A stretch of DNA of 32,000 nt from Phycisphaera mikurensis NBRC 102666. GTDB taxonomy: Bacteria; Planctomycetota; Phycisphaerae; Phycisphaerales; Phycisphaeraceae. Position 1 is the stretch's first letter. Each line of letters opens with the position of its first letter. The position numbers and the translations under genes were made by a program. The stretch is taken from positions 1,290,001 through 1,322,000 of the forward strand of contig NC_017080.1 of the NCBI RefSeq assembly GCF_000284115.1, in the 5' to 3' direction. This document shows, in pieces, positions 19,021 through 31,229 of the stretch. Below the pieces are notes generated by a model. The model was not told the DNA's origin and ran no database searches. It saw only the letters and a program-made list of their open reading frames with translations.

Positions 19021-19866
19021 ATGGACAGGAGCCGAGCCAACACCTGGACCTCCGACGCGCTCCAACGCGGCGACATCGGTGCCATCCAGGAGCGGTTTGC
19101 GGCAGACCCCGGCTACGCGGAGGCCCGGGACTTCGTCGGAGACACCCCGCTGCTCACGGCGGTCTCCTTCGATCACCTCCCCCTGGTGGCGTGGTTGCTC
19201 GATCGCGGCGCCGATCCCAACGCCCCGGTGGACGACGGGTACACCTGCCTGCTGACCGCGGTGGAGTCCGATTCGGCGGATTCGGTCTCGCTGGTGGACA
19301 CGCTCCTCCGGGCGGGTGCGGACGTCAACGCCGCGGGCACGAACGGTTGGACGCCTCTGCACATGGCGGCCGCCCACGGCCACGTGCAGAAGGCTCGCCT
19401 GCTGATCGGCGCCGGCGCCGACGTCAACCGCCGGAAGGACATCGATGGCGAGGAGACGCCGCTGATGGAAGCGGCTCACGCCGGACGGGCCGGGGCCGTG
19501 TCGCTCCTGCTGGCGAGCGGGGCCGATGCCTCGTTGCGCGACACGGTGCACGGCCGGACCCCGCTGGACACGGCGAAATCCGCGGCCTGCGGGCTCGATC
19601 CGGGGGTGCTGAAGCTGATCGAATCGGAGTTCCCGCCCGGCAACGCCGCCGCGCTCCTGAGCGAGGCAGGCGTGCCGGCGGACGGCCTGGGGGAGATCGC
19701 GGAGGCGGTCGGGGCGTTGGACTTCCGGCAGATGTACCGCGACGCGACGCGGAAGCGGCTCGAGGAGGGCGATTTCGCCGCGGTGATCCGGATCCTGGAA
19801 GCGCACGCCGGATCGCTCGACGGCGGGGAGCGAAAGGGGGAGGATGCGTCCGGCTGCTCTTCGTGA
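19021..19866 (+). CDS. Ankyrin-repeat protein
   Basis: 281 aa from MDRSRANTW... Repeats: GDTPLLTAVSFDHLPLVAWLLDRGADPNAP, NGWTPLHMAAAHGHVQKARLLIGAGADVNRR, GEETPLMEAAHAGRAGAVSLLLASGADASLRD, GRTPLDTA. Confidence 0.88.
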   Translation: MDRSRANTWTSDALQRGDIGAIQERFAADPGYAEARDFVGDTPLLTAVSFDHLPLVAWLLDRGADPNAPVDDGYTCLLTAVESDSADSVSLVDTLLRAGADVNAAGTNGWTPLHMAAAHGHVQKARLLIGAGADVNRRKDIDGEETPLMEAAHAGRAGAVSLLLASGADASLRDTVHGRTPLDTAKSAACGLDPGVLKLIESEFPPGNAAALLSEAGVPADGLGEIAEAVGALDFRQMYRDATRKRLEEGDFAAVIRILEAHAGSLDGGERKGEDASGCSS

Positions 19867-19891
19867 TCCTGATCGAACGTTGACCCCGCCC

Positions 19892-20731
19892 TCAGGGCTT
19901 CGCGCCGTCAAAGCTCGTGGAGAACCGCATGTTGTCGAAGAAGATCTCGATGTCGTCGTGCTGACCGCCCTTGCAGTAGACGCCGTAGTGCACGTCGATG
20001 TCGTTGTTGCTGGCGTTCTTCCAGTTGTTGCCGAGCTTGCCGCTGTACGTGCTGATCGTCTTCCAGCGGCTGCCGTCCTTGTAGTAGAGCCGGCACTCGC
20101 CCCCGCCGGTGTGGTTCGCCTTGATCTTGAGGATGAAGCGGTGCCACTTGCCCTTCTCGAGGAAACCGAGCCGGTGGTTCTTGTAGCCGTCGCTACCGTC
20201 CTTGTCGCCCTTCCCCCACCTGCGGCTGAGGATCCACTCGAACTGGTTCCGGTCGTTGGTCTTGGGCTTCAGCTCGATGGCGACGATCGGGCCCACCGGG
20301 CCCTGCTGCACCTGCAGCGGGATGACCCACTTGTCCTTGTGCAGGTCCACCCACTTGGGCAGGTAGAAGGCACCGCCGATGTACCGCGTCTGCCCCGCGT
20401 ACCACTGGTTGGGGTTGACGAGGTAGATCTCGCTGCGCGACTTCTTGTCGTTCCCGCCGCGGCTGACGCGGGCGCGGATCGACTTCTGGCCGCTCAGCCG
20501 CGGGCTGTCGCGGATCGACGGCCGCTGCCCGCGGCCCTCGATTCTGTTGATGAAGTGGGTGTTCCCGTCTTCCTTGTAGAGACCGCCGGTCCACGCCGGC
20601 TTGTCGCGCGTCGTGACGCTGGCGTTCTCCCCGGTGTTTTCGAAGAGCCGGCCCGCGTCGGCGGGGGGCGCGGCGACACCACCGGCCAGCGCGAGCGCAG
20701 CGGCGACGATCCAGGGGCGAGGGAGTTGCAT
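19892..20731 (-). CDS. Secreted polysaccharide lyase-like (jelly-roll) protein
   Basis: Start MQLPRPWIVAAALALAGGVAAPPADA (signal peptide) at 20731. The body RARVSRGGNDKKSRSEIYLVNP..., GGAFYLPKW, KWHRFILKIKANHTGGGECRLYYKDG, VHYGVYCKGGQHDDIEIFFDNMRF resembles the heparin/glucuronan lyase-type polysaccharide lyase fold. Confidence 0.6.
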   Translation of the reverse strand: MQLPRPWIVAAALALAGGVAAPPADAGRLFENTGENASVTTRDKPAWTGGLYKEDGNTHFINRIEGRGQRPSIRDSPRLSGQKSIRARVSRGGNDKKSRSEIYLVNPNQWYAGQTRYIGGAFYLPKWVDLHKDKWVIPLQVQQGPVGPIVAIELKPKTNDRNQFEWILSRRWGKGDKDGSDGYKNHRLGFLEKGKWHRFILKIKANHTGGGECRLYYKDGSRWKTISTYSGKLGNNWKNASNNDIDVHYGVYCKGGQHDDIEIFFDNMRFSTSFDGAKP

Positions 20732-21207
20732 GCTGATCCTTCTGAAAGAGGAGAGAGATGGAGCCCAGCGGCTCGGCCAAGAGGCGGTCGAAGCGGCGAA
20801 ACGATCCGCCGCGTGTTCCGCCGGCGGAGGGCCGGGCGGGAACGGCAAACGTTTGCAGTATGAATCCTACCGCCGGAAGCGGCTTCCGGGTGGCCGGAGG
20901 AGGCGGCGGCGCGATTTTCAGGGGTTCCCCCAGGTCCGGCCACTTGTTCCATCGGGCTGCGTCGCCGCGCCGTGTTCGCGGCGTGCAAGCCTCCCGTGGC
21001 GGGCTCGGCTTCCCCGACGCGGGCCATGATGGATCCGCCGCCGCCGTCGCCGCGGCGTTCCCTTGCCGCGAGCGGCCGCGTGTGCGCTTCTGCCCGCTGG
21101 CCTTGGCTCCTCGGATGGCTGTGGCGGCCCGCCCCGTGCCGCGGGGCGGCTGGCCGCGGACCATCGTGCGGCGGGGCCCCGGACGCCGACGGTCCGCGGC
21201 CGCGGCC

Positions 21208-24666
<3,459 letters not shown>

Positions 24667-24739
24667 GGGGCGGGAGCGTAATGGCGCGGGGTGGGCAGCG
24701 GCTCCGCCGCTCATGCCGCTTCGCGGCAGGCAAGCGCGG

Positions 24740-24852
24740 AAGCGAAGAAGCGAAGAAGCGAGGCGGTCAGAGAGTGCGGCCTGCGGCCGTGTCGGAGGCG
24801 CCTCGACGCATGGCTGACTTCTTCGCTCGCTCTCTTCTTCGCTTCTTCGCTT
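24740..24852. repeat. Inverted repeat of GAAGCGAA-type units in the 24666/24861 intergenic gap
   Basis: AAGCGAAGAAGCGAAGAAG (24740-24758) and its exact reverse complement CTTCTTCGCTTCTTCGCTT (24834-24852), 19/19, 75-nt spacer. Confidence 0.75.
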
Positions 24853-24860
24853 GCTTCTCC

Positions 24861-26051
24861 TCACCCCCCGAGCAAACGGGCCACGAGGACCCGGGCCCGG
24901 GCCGGATCGCCCGTTCCGCGCACGAGGCAGCGGCCGTCGGCGAAGAGGGTGAACTCTTCGGGGCCTCCCGCGGGCGTGACGAACCGGAGGAGGTGCTCGT
25001 TCGTGCGGAGGATCTCGGTGCCTGCCGGCAGACTCGCGGCGACGGCGGGGAGCACCGGGGCGGGCGTGCCCGGGGCGGGGCTGACCTGCACGGCGCCGCG
25101 GCCGCAGAGGACGGCGGCCGCGGACCGCGGCGCGTTTTCGAGGAAATCGAACGCGGTCCGCGGATGCTCGGGCACGAGGGCGGCGACGTCGAGGTGGCCG
25201 GAGCGGTTGCCCCACAGATCGACGTGCCAGAGCTTCGGGTTCACCGCGGGCCAGTCGCCCAGCAGCACCTTGAGCACCTCGGCGGCCTGGTAGCCGGCGA
25301 CGTGGTGGATCAGCGGGCCGAGCACGCCGGCGGTGTCGCAGGTGGGCACGGCCCCGGCGGCGGGGGGTTCGGGAACCAGCTCGCGGAGCGTAGGGGTGGC
25401 GATGCCGGCGATTTCCCAAGGCGTCTGGCGCGTCGCGGTGCGGGGGAGCAGGCAGAACGCCGTGCCGGCGGTGCCGACGGCGCCGCCGTACGCGTAGGGG
25501 ATCGCGTGCTTGACGGAGACGTCGTCCAGCAGGAAACGCGTGGCGAAGTGATCCAGGCCGTCGGCGATGCAGCCGACCCTCCGGCCGCCGCCGCGCACGC
25601 CGCAGAGGGCTTCGGCGTTGGCGGAGGTGAGATCGACGGCGTGCGCCTCGACCGCGACCAAGGGGTCGATCGCCCGCAGCCGCTCGGCGGCGGCGAGCGC
25701 CTTGGGGCGGCCGTCGCGGGCGTCCGCCTCGGTGAAGAGGATCTGCCGCTGGAGGTTGCTCTCCTCGACGACGTCGCGGTCGACGAGCACGAGGCGGCCC
25801 ACGCCGGCCCGGCAGAGCGTCTCGGCGAGGACCCCGCCGAGCGCCCCGACGCCGGCGATGAGCACGCTGCTCCCGGCGAGGCGGCCTTGCCCGGCGTCGC
25901 CCACGCCGGGCAGCCGGGCCTGCCGGGCGTGACGCGGGCGCGATGGGGGGGTGGCGGGCACGGGGGCGGCAGGATGAGGCACGGGCGATGCTTGCGGCGG
26001 GCGCTGCGGGGCGGTGGAGAAAAGAAAAAGCTTCCCAAGGGGGCCGCACAT
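24861..26051 (-). CDS. ThiF/MoeB-like E1-type adenylyltransferase
   Basis: [65 protein letters not shown] is the ThiF/MoeB nucleotide-binding signature; [24 protein letters not shown]. Start uncertain: ATG 26051 or GTG 25982. Confidence 0.88.
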   Translation of the reverse strand: MCGPLGKLFLFSTAPQRPPQASPVPHPAAPVPATPPSRPRHARQARLPGVGDAGQGRLAGSSVLIAGVGALGGVLAETLCRAGVGRLVLVDRDVVEESNLQRQILFTEADARDGRPKALAAAERLRAIDPLVAVEAHAVDLTSANAEALCGVRGGGRRVGCIADGLDHFATRFLLDDVSVKHAIPYAYGGAVGTAGTAFCLLPRTATRQTPWEIAGIATPTLRELVPEPPAAGAVPTCDTAGVLGPLIHHVAGYQAAEVLKVLLGDWPAVNPKLWHVDLWGNRSGHLDVAALVPEHPRTAFDFLENAPRSAAAVLCGRGAVQVSPAPGTPAPVLPAVAASLPAGTEILRTNEHLLRFVTPAGGPEEFTLFADGRCLVRGTGDPARARVLVARLLGG

Positions 26052-26127
26052 CTCTACGGTCGCGGTCGACGCCGGGGCGTCACTTCTTCCGCCGCGGTCT
26101 GCGGCACTTCCTTCCGAGGGTCCAAAC

Positions 26128-27549
26128 ATGCTGATGACGATCGATTGTCCCGCGTGCGGGCAGCCGCTGAAGGTGCCCGGCGAGGCCGCCGGGAAGCGCG
26201 CGAAGTGCAACGCGTGCGAGGCCCGCTTCGTGGTGCCCTCGGCGGAGGAGATGCTCGAGTCGACGGTGAGCAGCCTCGCCGAGGAGGAGCTCCAGGACCG
26301 CCGGCGCGGCCGGGCGGCGGCGGCGGCCCAGCGGGGCTCTCCCGCGGCCGCGGCGCCGGGCGGCGTGGCCGCGGCCGCGCGGCCGGCGCCGCCTGCGCCC
26401 GCGGACCGCTCGGGCGTCGAGGCGGCCGCCGGCGGCACCCTCGTGGGCGTCCCGGCGGTCGAGCCCGAGCCGTCAAGCTCGTCCACCGGCGACCCGCTCG
26501 CCGGTGCGCCGCTGACCATCGACAGCTTCGGCGGCAGCGCGGTGGGGATCCCCGCGATCGGCGACGGCGAGGCGGAGCCCGAGGAGGCCGACGCGCCCGT
26601 CGCCTACAGCCAGGACGTCGCGCCGAGCGGGCGGCGGCCGCACCTGGTGGTCCGCCGCGTGAGCGTCGACGGCGTCACCCTCGGCTTCGCGTCGGAGTGG
26701 CTCGCGAACGACCGTTTCCGCGGGTCGATGCCGGTCCGCGGCGTCTTCGGCGGCCAGCGGGAGCGGGCCCGCCTGAAGGCGCGGCCGATGGTCTTCATCG
26801 ACAAGGTGAAGGACCCGTCGCTGCAGTGCCGCCTCATCGAGATCCGGCACGAGTGCGAGAGCCCCGGCGAGGGAGAAGAGGGCCGCGTGTTGCTGCTGAA
26901 GAAGATGGGCAGGATCGCGGGCATGCGGAGTCCTTTCGACCTGCCCATGCCCTACTACGTCGACAAGGGCGAGGAAGCGCCCGCCTTGGACTGCCGGGTC
27001 CTCGAGAGCTCGTCCATCGCGAGCACGGCGATCTGCGAGGTCACCATCCCCCATGGAGCGGTGGCGGCGGACTGGATGGCGTCGGTCAATGGTGTCTGCT
27101 GCGAGGAGCTGGGGATGCTGCGGCGGGAGGTCGAACGCATGGGCGCGTCGGCCTGGTCGCGCCTCCCGCGGGACGTCCGCCAGCGGCTGGAACCCTGGTG
27201 CCGCTTCAAGCCGCGGGAGCGGTTCCTGGGCTACTTCAACGACCCCGACTTCACGAGAGCCGAGCGGGGCCTCGCCGGGGTGGTGCTCACCGACGCCCGG
27301 CTCATCTACCACCGCTTCCGCCGCCTGCGCGACGTGCCGCTGCACAAGCCGGTCACGCTGCACCTCCGCGAGGACGGCCCGCTGACCCGCTTGGCGGTGT
27401 CGTACGGCGGCAACCGGGCCAAGGTCGGCAAGCTGGCGACGCGGCGGGTCGGCGACTTCCTCGGGACGCTGCCCCCGGGCCACCAGCTGAAGCTCGACGG
27501 GCCCTCGCCCGTGGCGGCGGGGTCGGATCCGGACTCGGATCCGGACTGA
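26128..27549 (+). CDS. Zinc-ribbon protein of unknown function, paralogue 1
   Basis: MLMTIDCPACGQPLKVPGEAAGKRAKCNACEARFVVPSAEE (CxxC...CxxC). A long Ala/Pro-rich linker, then a conserved C-terminal region RERFLGYFNDPDFTRAERGLAGVVLTDARLIYHRFRRL... Confidence 0.8.
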   Translation: MLMTIDCPACGQPLKVPGEAAGKRAKCNACEARFVVPSAEEMLESTVSSLAEEELQDRRRGRAAAAAQRGSPAAAAPGGVAAAARPAPPAPADRSGVEAAAGGTLVGVPAVEPEPSSSSTGDPLAGAPLTIDSFGGSAVGIPAIGDGEAEPEEADAPVAYSQDVAPSGRRPHLVVRRVSVDGVTLGFASEWLANDRFRGSMPVRGVFGGQRERARLKARPMVFIDKVKDPSLQCRLIEIRHECESPGEGEEGRVLLLKKMGRIAGMRSPFDLPMPYYVDKGEEAPALDCRVLESSSIASTAICEVTIPHGAVAADWMASVNGVCCEELGMLRREVERMGASAWSRLPRDVRQRLEPWCRFKPRERFLGYFNDPDFTRAERGLAGVVLTDARLIYHRFRRLRDVPLHKPVTLHLREDGPLTRLAVSYGGNRAKVGKLATRRVGDFLGTLPPGHQLKLDGPSPVAAGSDPDSDPD

Positions 27550-27676
27550 CGCTCGCGACGCGGCCGCGGGCGCCGCCGGGCCGCCGCACCCCTGCCCGCT
27601 CGGTAGACTCCCGGTGCGGCGCACTCGCGCTGGCACCGCCCGCGGTTCTCGCGGGCCGATTCCATCGGAGAACGAG

Positions 27677-29068
27677 ATGCTGATGACGATCGATTGTCCG
27701 GCCTGCGGCGAACCTCTGCAGGTGCCCGAGCAGGCGGCGGGACGGCGGGCGAAGTGCAACCACTGCGACGGCCGCTTCGTGGTGCCCTCGGCGGAGGACC
27801 TGCTCGAGAGCACGGTCACCCACTTCGCGCTCGACGAGATGGACCAGCGCCGGCGCGAGCACCGCTACGAGGAAGCCGGTGGCTCGGGTGTGGCGGCCGT
27901 CGCCGAGGCGTCCGCCGCGGCGCGGACACGATCCGCCCCCCGCGAGCCCGATCTCTCGGGCGGCACGGTGGTGGGGATCTCCGCCGTGGGCCGCAACCCG
28001 GCGGCGGGCTCGCCCGGGGACACCGCCACCGGGGTGCCCCTCACCGTCGACCGCCTCGGTGGCTCCTCCTCGGGCGCCACGCCGGAAGAGGACCCGCCGC
28101 CCGCGACCGCGGGCGCGGCCAGCGACTACCCGCAGGACCTCCGCGCGGCCGCGGAGCGGCCGCACCTGGTGGTCCGCCGCGTCAGCCTCGACGGCGTGCT
28201 GCTGGCTTTCGACGCGAGGTGGCTGCACCACGATCGGTTCCGCGCGTCGATGCCGGTGCGGAGCGCCTTCAACGGCGAGGCCGATGCGGCGAAGCTGACG
28301 GCCCGGCCGATGGTCTTCCTCGACGCGGTGGAGGAGGCGGCGCCGCGTGCGCGTCCGATCGAGTTGCGGTACGAGCACGAGAACGTGCACCAGGCGACGA
28401 CCGCGGCGATGCTCGACTCGATCGGCTGTCTGCGGGGGGTGCGTGCCCCCTTCGATCGGCCGATCCTCTACTACGCCCACTCGGACGACGCGGTGCCCGC
28501 GCTCTCCTGCCGGGTGCGAGAGGTGGGCGACGAGCGGGACGCGCAGGTCTGCGAGGTGCTCGTGCCGCACGGCCGCGTGGCGGCGGAATGGCTCGCGGCG
28601 GTCAACGGCCGCTGCGGCGAGGACTACGCCAAGCTCGGCGCGGAGGTGGAGAGCATCGGCCAGACGGCCTGGGACGGCCTGCCGCAGAAGGTGAAGATGC
28701 GGCTGGAGCCCTGGTGCGCCTTCCAGCGCGGCGAGCGTTTCCTCGCCTACTTCAACGACCCCGACTTCACCTCCAGCGAGGCCGGCCTCGCCGGCGTGGT
28801 CGTGACCGACAAGCGTTTGATCTACCACAAGTACCGGCGGCTGCGGAGCGTTTCGCTGCGGTCCGCGGCCACGCTGCACCTCCGCCGGGATGGCGCCGTG
28901 ACGCGGCTGACGGTCACCGCCGGCGAGCGGCGGGCCAAGGCCGGGAAGATGCCGCACGCCAAGGTGGCGGACTTCCTCAAGACGCTTCCCCCGGGGCACC
29001 GGCTCGCGCTGGATGCACCGCACCTGGGCCTCTCGTCCCGTCCACCCGCCGCATCGTCGCACCCGTAG
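27677..29068 (+). CDS. Zinc-ribbon protein of unknown function, paralogue 2
   Basis: MLMTIDCPACGEPLQVPEQAAGRRAKCNHCDGRFVVPSAEDLLEST...; C-terminus RGERFLAYFNDPDFTSSEAGLAGVVVTDKRLIYHKYRRL..., clearly homologous to the 26128..27549 product. Confidence 0.8.
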   Translation: MLMTIDCPACGEPLQVPEQAAGRRAKCNHCDGRFVVPSAEDLLESTVTHFALDEMDQRRREHRYEEAGGSGVAAVAEASAAARTRSAPREPDLSGGTVVGISAVGRNPAAGSPGDTATGVPLTVDRLGGSSSGATPEEDPPPATAGAASDYPQDLRAAAERPHLVVRRVSLDGVLLAFDARWLHHDRFRASMPVRSAFNGEADAAKLTARPMVFLDAVEEAAPRARPIELRYEHENVHQATTAAMLDSIGCLRGVRAPFDRPILYYAHSDDAVPALSCRVREVGDERDAQVCEVLVPHGRVAAEWLAAVNGRCGEDYAKLGAEVESIGQTAWDGLPQKVKMRLEPWCAFQRGERFLAYFNDPDFTSSEAGLAGVVVTDKRLIYHKYRRLRSVSLRSAATLHLRRDGAVTRLTVTAGERRAKAGKMPHAKVADFLKTLPPGHRLALDAPHLGLSSRPPAASSHP

Positions 29069-29183
29069 GGCAGGTCGGCGACCTGCCATTGGACCCGCAG
29101 GGCCCAAGCGTTCTTGTTCCCAGCAGCCCCACGGCGGGTCGACGCCGCCGGTCTGCAGCCCCACGGCGGGTCGCCGACCCGCC
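29069..29183. repeat. REP-like palindrome cluster plus 19-bp direct repeat
   Basis: Palindromes GGCAGGTCG-G-CGACCTGCC (29069-29087) and GGCGGGTCG-C-CGACCCGCC (29165-29183). Direct repeats of GCAGCCCCACGGCGGGTCG at 29123-29141 and 29155-29173. Confidence 0.7.
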
Positions 29184-29267
29184 CGATGAGAAGCGCGGCG
29201 TGCTCCGTCGCCGGGTGCGGCGTCTCGCCGTGCTGTGGCACGCCGGATGCCCCTAAGGTTCACCCGC

Positions 29268-29340
29268 GGCCGCTTAGCCCAACGGCAGAGGCAGTCGATT
29301 TAAAATCGACCAAGTGCGGGTTCGAGTCCCGCAGCGGCCA
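29268..29340 (+). tRNA. tRNA, anticodon TAA (nominal Leu), short variable region
   Basis: Acceptor GGCCGCT/AGCGGCC (7/7), D arm GCC..GGC with GG in the loop, anticodon stem GTCGA/TCGAC (5/5) with loop TTTAAAA, variable CAAGT, T arm GCGGG-TTCGAGT-CCCGC, discriminator A. No encoded CCA. Confidence 0.85.
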
Positions 29341-29425
29341 TGCGCAGCGGCGGCCCTCCCCGCCGCAGGCTCCTCCTCGCCGCGGCATCGGCCCCGGGCC
29401 GCCGCGGCCGGGTACCGTCGCCGCG

Positions 29426-30601
29426 ATGCAGGAGCCGTCACGCCCCGGACTGCGCCCCCTCGGCATGCTCGGCGGCGGGCAGCTCGGCCGCATGTTCGTC
29501 CAGGCGGCGCACGCGCAGGGGCGGGAGGTGCACGTCTTCAGCCCCGACGCGGACGGCCCGGCGGCGCAGGCGGCGGACGCGCACACGGCGGCGGGCTACG
29601 ACGACCTGGACGCGGTGCGCCGCTTCGCGGCGTCGGTGGATGGCGTGAGCTACGAGTTCGAGAACGTGCCGGCGGCGACGGCCGCGGCCTGCGCCGAGGC
29701 GGGGCCGGTGCGACCGGGCGGGAACGTGCTGGCGGTGGCGCAGGACCGCCGCGAGGAGAAGGCGTTCCTCGAGGGGGCGGGCGTCCCGATCGCGCCTTGG
29801 GCGGCGGTCGGGAGCGAGGCGGAGCTCGCGGCGGCGGGCCGGCGGCTCGGCTTCCCGTGCGTGCTCAAGACGGCACGCGGCGGCTACGACGGCAAGGGCC
29901 AGCGGGTGCTCCACGACGCGGCGGAGGTGCCCTACGCCTGGGCGGACCTGCAGCCCGGGGACGGCCGGGAGGTGCCGTGCGTGCTCGAAGCGAGGGTCGA
30001 CTTCCAGGCGGAGGTCAGCGTCATCGCGGCCCGTGACGCCCACGGCGGGACCGTCACCTGGGGGCCGATCGCCAACAGCCACCGCAACCACATCCTCGAC
30101 GTGTCGGCCGTTCCCGCGGGCCTCGGGGACGCGTTGGAGGCCGAGGCGGTGGCCGTCGCCGAGCAGGTCGTCGCGGCTTTCGAGCTGGTGGGGGTGCTCT
30201 GCGTCGAGTGCTTCGTGACGCGGTCGGACGCGTCCGGCCCGCGGATCCTCGTCAACGAGATCGCGCCACGGCCGCACAACAGCGGGCACCTGACGATCGA
30301 GGCCTACGAGCTCTCTCAGTTCGCGGCGCAGGCGCTGTGCCTCGGCGGCGGGCGGCTGCCGTCGTCGCCGGGCTTGCGGCGGCCTGCGGCGATGGCGAAC
30401 CTGCTCGGAGACGTCTGGGGGAAGGGCGGGGAGCCGCCGCGGTGGGACGCGATCGCGGGCCGGGAGGGGGTGACGGTGCACCGCTACGGCAAGGCGGTGG
30501 CGCGGCCGGGGCGGAAGATGGGGCACGTGACGGCGCTGGCGGGGACCGCGCACGAGGCGGTCCGCAACGCCGTGGAGGCGCGAGCCGCCCTGCGGGCGTA
30601 G
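29426..30601 (+). CDS. purK: 5-(carboxyamino)imidazole ribonucleotide synthase (PurK)
   Basis: LGMLGGGQLGRMFVQAAHAQGREVHVFSPD, EFENVP, FPCVLKTARGGYDGKGQ, VNEIAPRPHNSGHLTIEAYELSQF. Start at 29426 inside track ORF 29114..30601. Confidence 0.95.
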   Translation: MQEPSRPGLRPLGMLGGGQLGRMFVQAAHAQGREVHVFSPDADGPAAQAADAHTAAGYDDLDAVRRFAASVDGVSYEFENVPAATAAACAEAGPVRPGGNVLAVAQDRREEKAFLEGAGVPIAPWAAVGSEAELAAAGRRLGFPCVLKTARGGYDGKGQRVLHDAAEVPYAWADLQPGDGREVPCVLEARVDFQAEVSVIAARDAHGGTVTWGPIANSHRNHILDVSAVPAGLGDALEAEAVAVAEQVVAAFELVGVLCVECFVTRSDASGPRILVNEIAPRPHNSGHLTIEAYELSQFAAQALCLGGGRLPSSPGLRRPAAMANLLGDVWGKGGEPPRWDAIAGREGVTVHRYGKAVARPGRKMGHVTALAGTAHEAVRNAVEARAALRA

Positions 30602-30649
30602 CCCGGCGCGGTGCCCGACGCCCCGCGGGACACCCGCGGCGGCGCCGGG
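30602..30649. terminator. Nested terminator-like hairpins between convergent purK and coaC-like genes
   Basis: Outer stem CCCGGCGC (30602-30609)/GCGCCGGG (30642-30649); inner CCGCGGG-ACA-CCCGCGG (30623-30639). Confidence 0.55.
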
Positions 30650-30650
30650 A

Positions 30651-31229
30651 TCAGGCGAGCCGCCCCAGCACGGCGTCGCGGATGGCCTCGGGCTCGGCCA
30701 TGCGGCCGGCGCCGCCGGTGCGGCAGGCTTGCCAGCCGGATTCGGGGCCGACGGTGGAGAGGTCCGGCAGCAGGTCGCGCAGCGCCGCGAGGTTCCGCCG
30801 GACGACGGGGTTGGCCCACATGTCGGCGTTCATCGCGGGGGCGAGGACCAGCGGCCGGCCGGCGGGCAGGGCGGTGACGGCGAGGGCCACCGGGTCGTCG
30901 CAGAACCCCGCCGCGAGCCGCGCGAGCAGATTCGCCGAGCACGGGGCGACGACCGCGGCGTCCGCCCAGCGGGCGAGGCCGACGTGCGGCGAGCTCGGCT
31001 CGTCGTAGGCATCCCAGAGCGAGGTGGCGACGGCGGCGCCGGAGAGCGACCGCAGCGTGAGCGGCCCGAGGAAGCGCGTCGCCGAAGCGGTCATCGCGCA
31101 GCGGACCTCGCAGCCCGCCTGGACCAGGCGGGAGACGAGCGTGGCGGACTTGTACGCCGCGATGCCCCCGGAGACGCCGACCAGCACGCGGCGGGGCCGC
31201 CCCGCGGCCTCGCCGGCCGCCTCAGGCAT
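30651..31229 (-). CDS. coaC: Stand-alone phosphopantothenoylcysteine decarboxylase-like flavoprotein (CoaC part of CoaBC/Dfp)
   Basis: 192 aa. VLVGVSGGIAAYKSATLVSRL, PAMNADMW motif, SGWQACRTGGAGRMAEP. No CoaB synthetase domain follows. Confidence 0.85.
   Translation of the reverse strand: MPEAAGEAAGRPRRVLVGVSGGIAAYKSATLVSRLVQAGCEVRCAMTASATRFLGPLTLRSLSGAAVATSLWDAYDEPSSPHVGLARWADAAVVAPCSANLLARLAAGFCDDPVALAVTALPAGRPLVLAPAMNADMWANPVVRRNLAALRDLLPDLSTVGPESGWQACRTGGAGRMAEPEAIRDAVLGRLA

Noticed and set aside
19021-20731. Ankyrin protein plus lyase-like protein as an effector/immunity pair
   Set aside because: The genes are convergent, not co-directional. Ankyrin repeats are generic and the partner looks like a secreted polysaccharide enzyme, so the sequence gives no support for a functional pair.
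20193-21164. 323-aa minus-strand ORF overlapping the lyase-like gene
   Set aside because: It shares DNA with the better-supported 19892..20731 gene in another frame, and its upstream section has no signal or domain pattern.
29301-29303. Reading the anticodon as a stop-codon suppressor (TTA)
   Set aside because: A standard 5-bp anticodon stem (GTCGA/TCGAC) fixes a 7-nt loop TTTAAAA with U33 at 29300 and anticodon TAA, so a UAA-stop-reading anticodon would require a non-standard stem.
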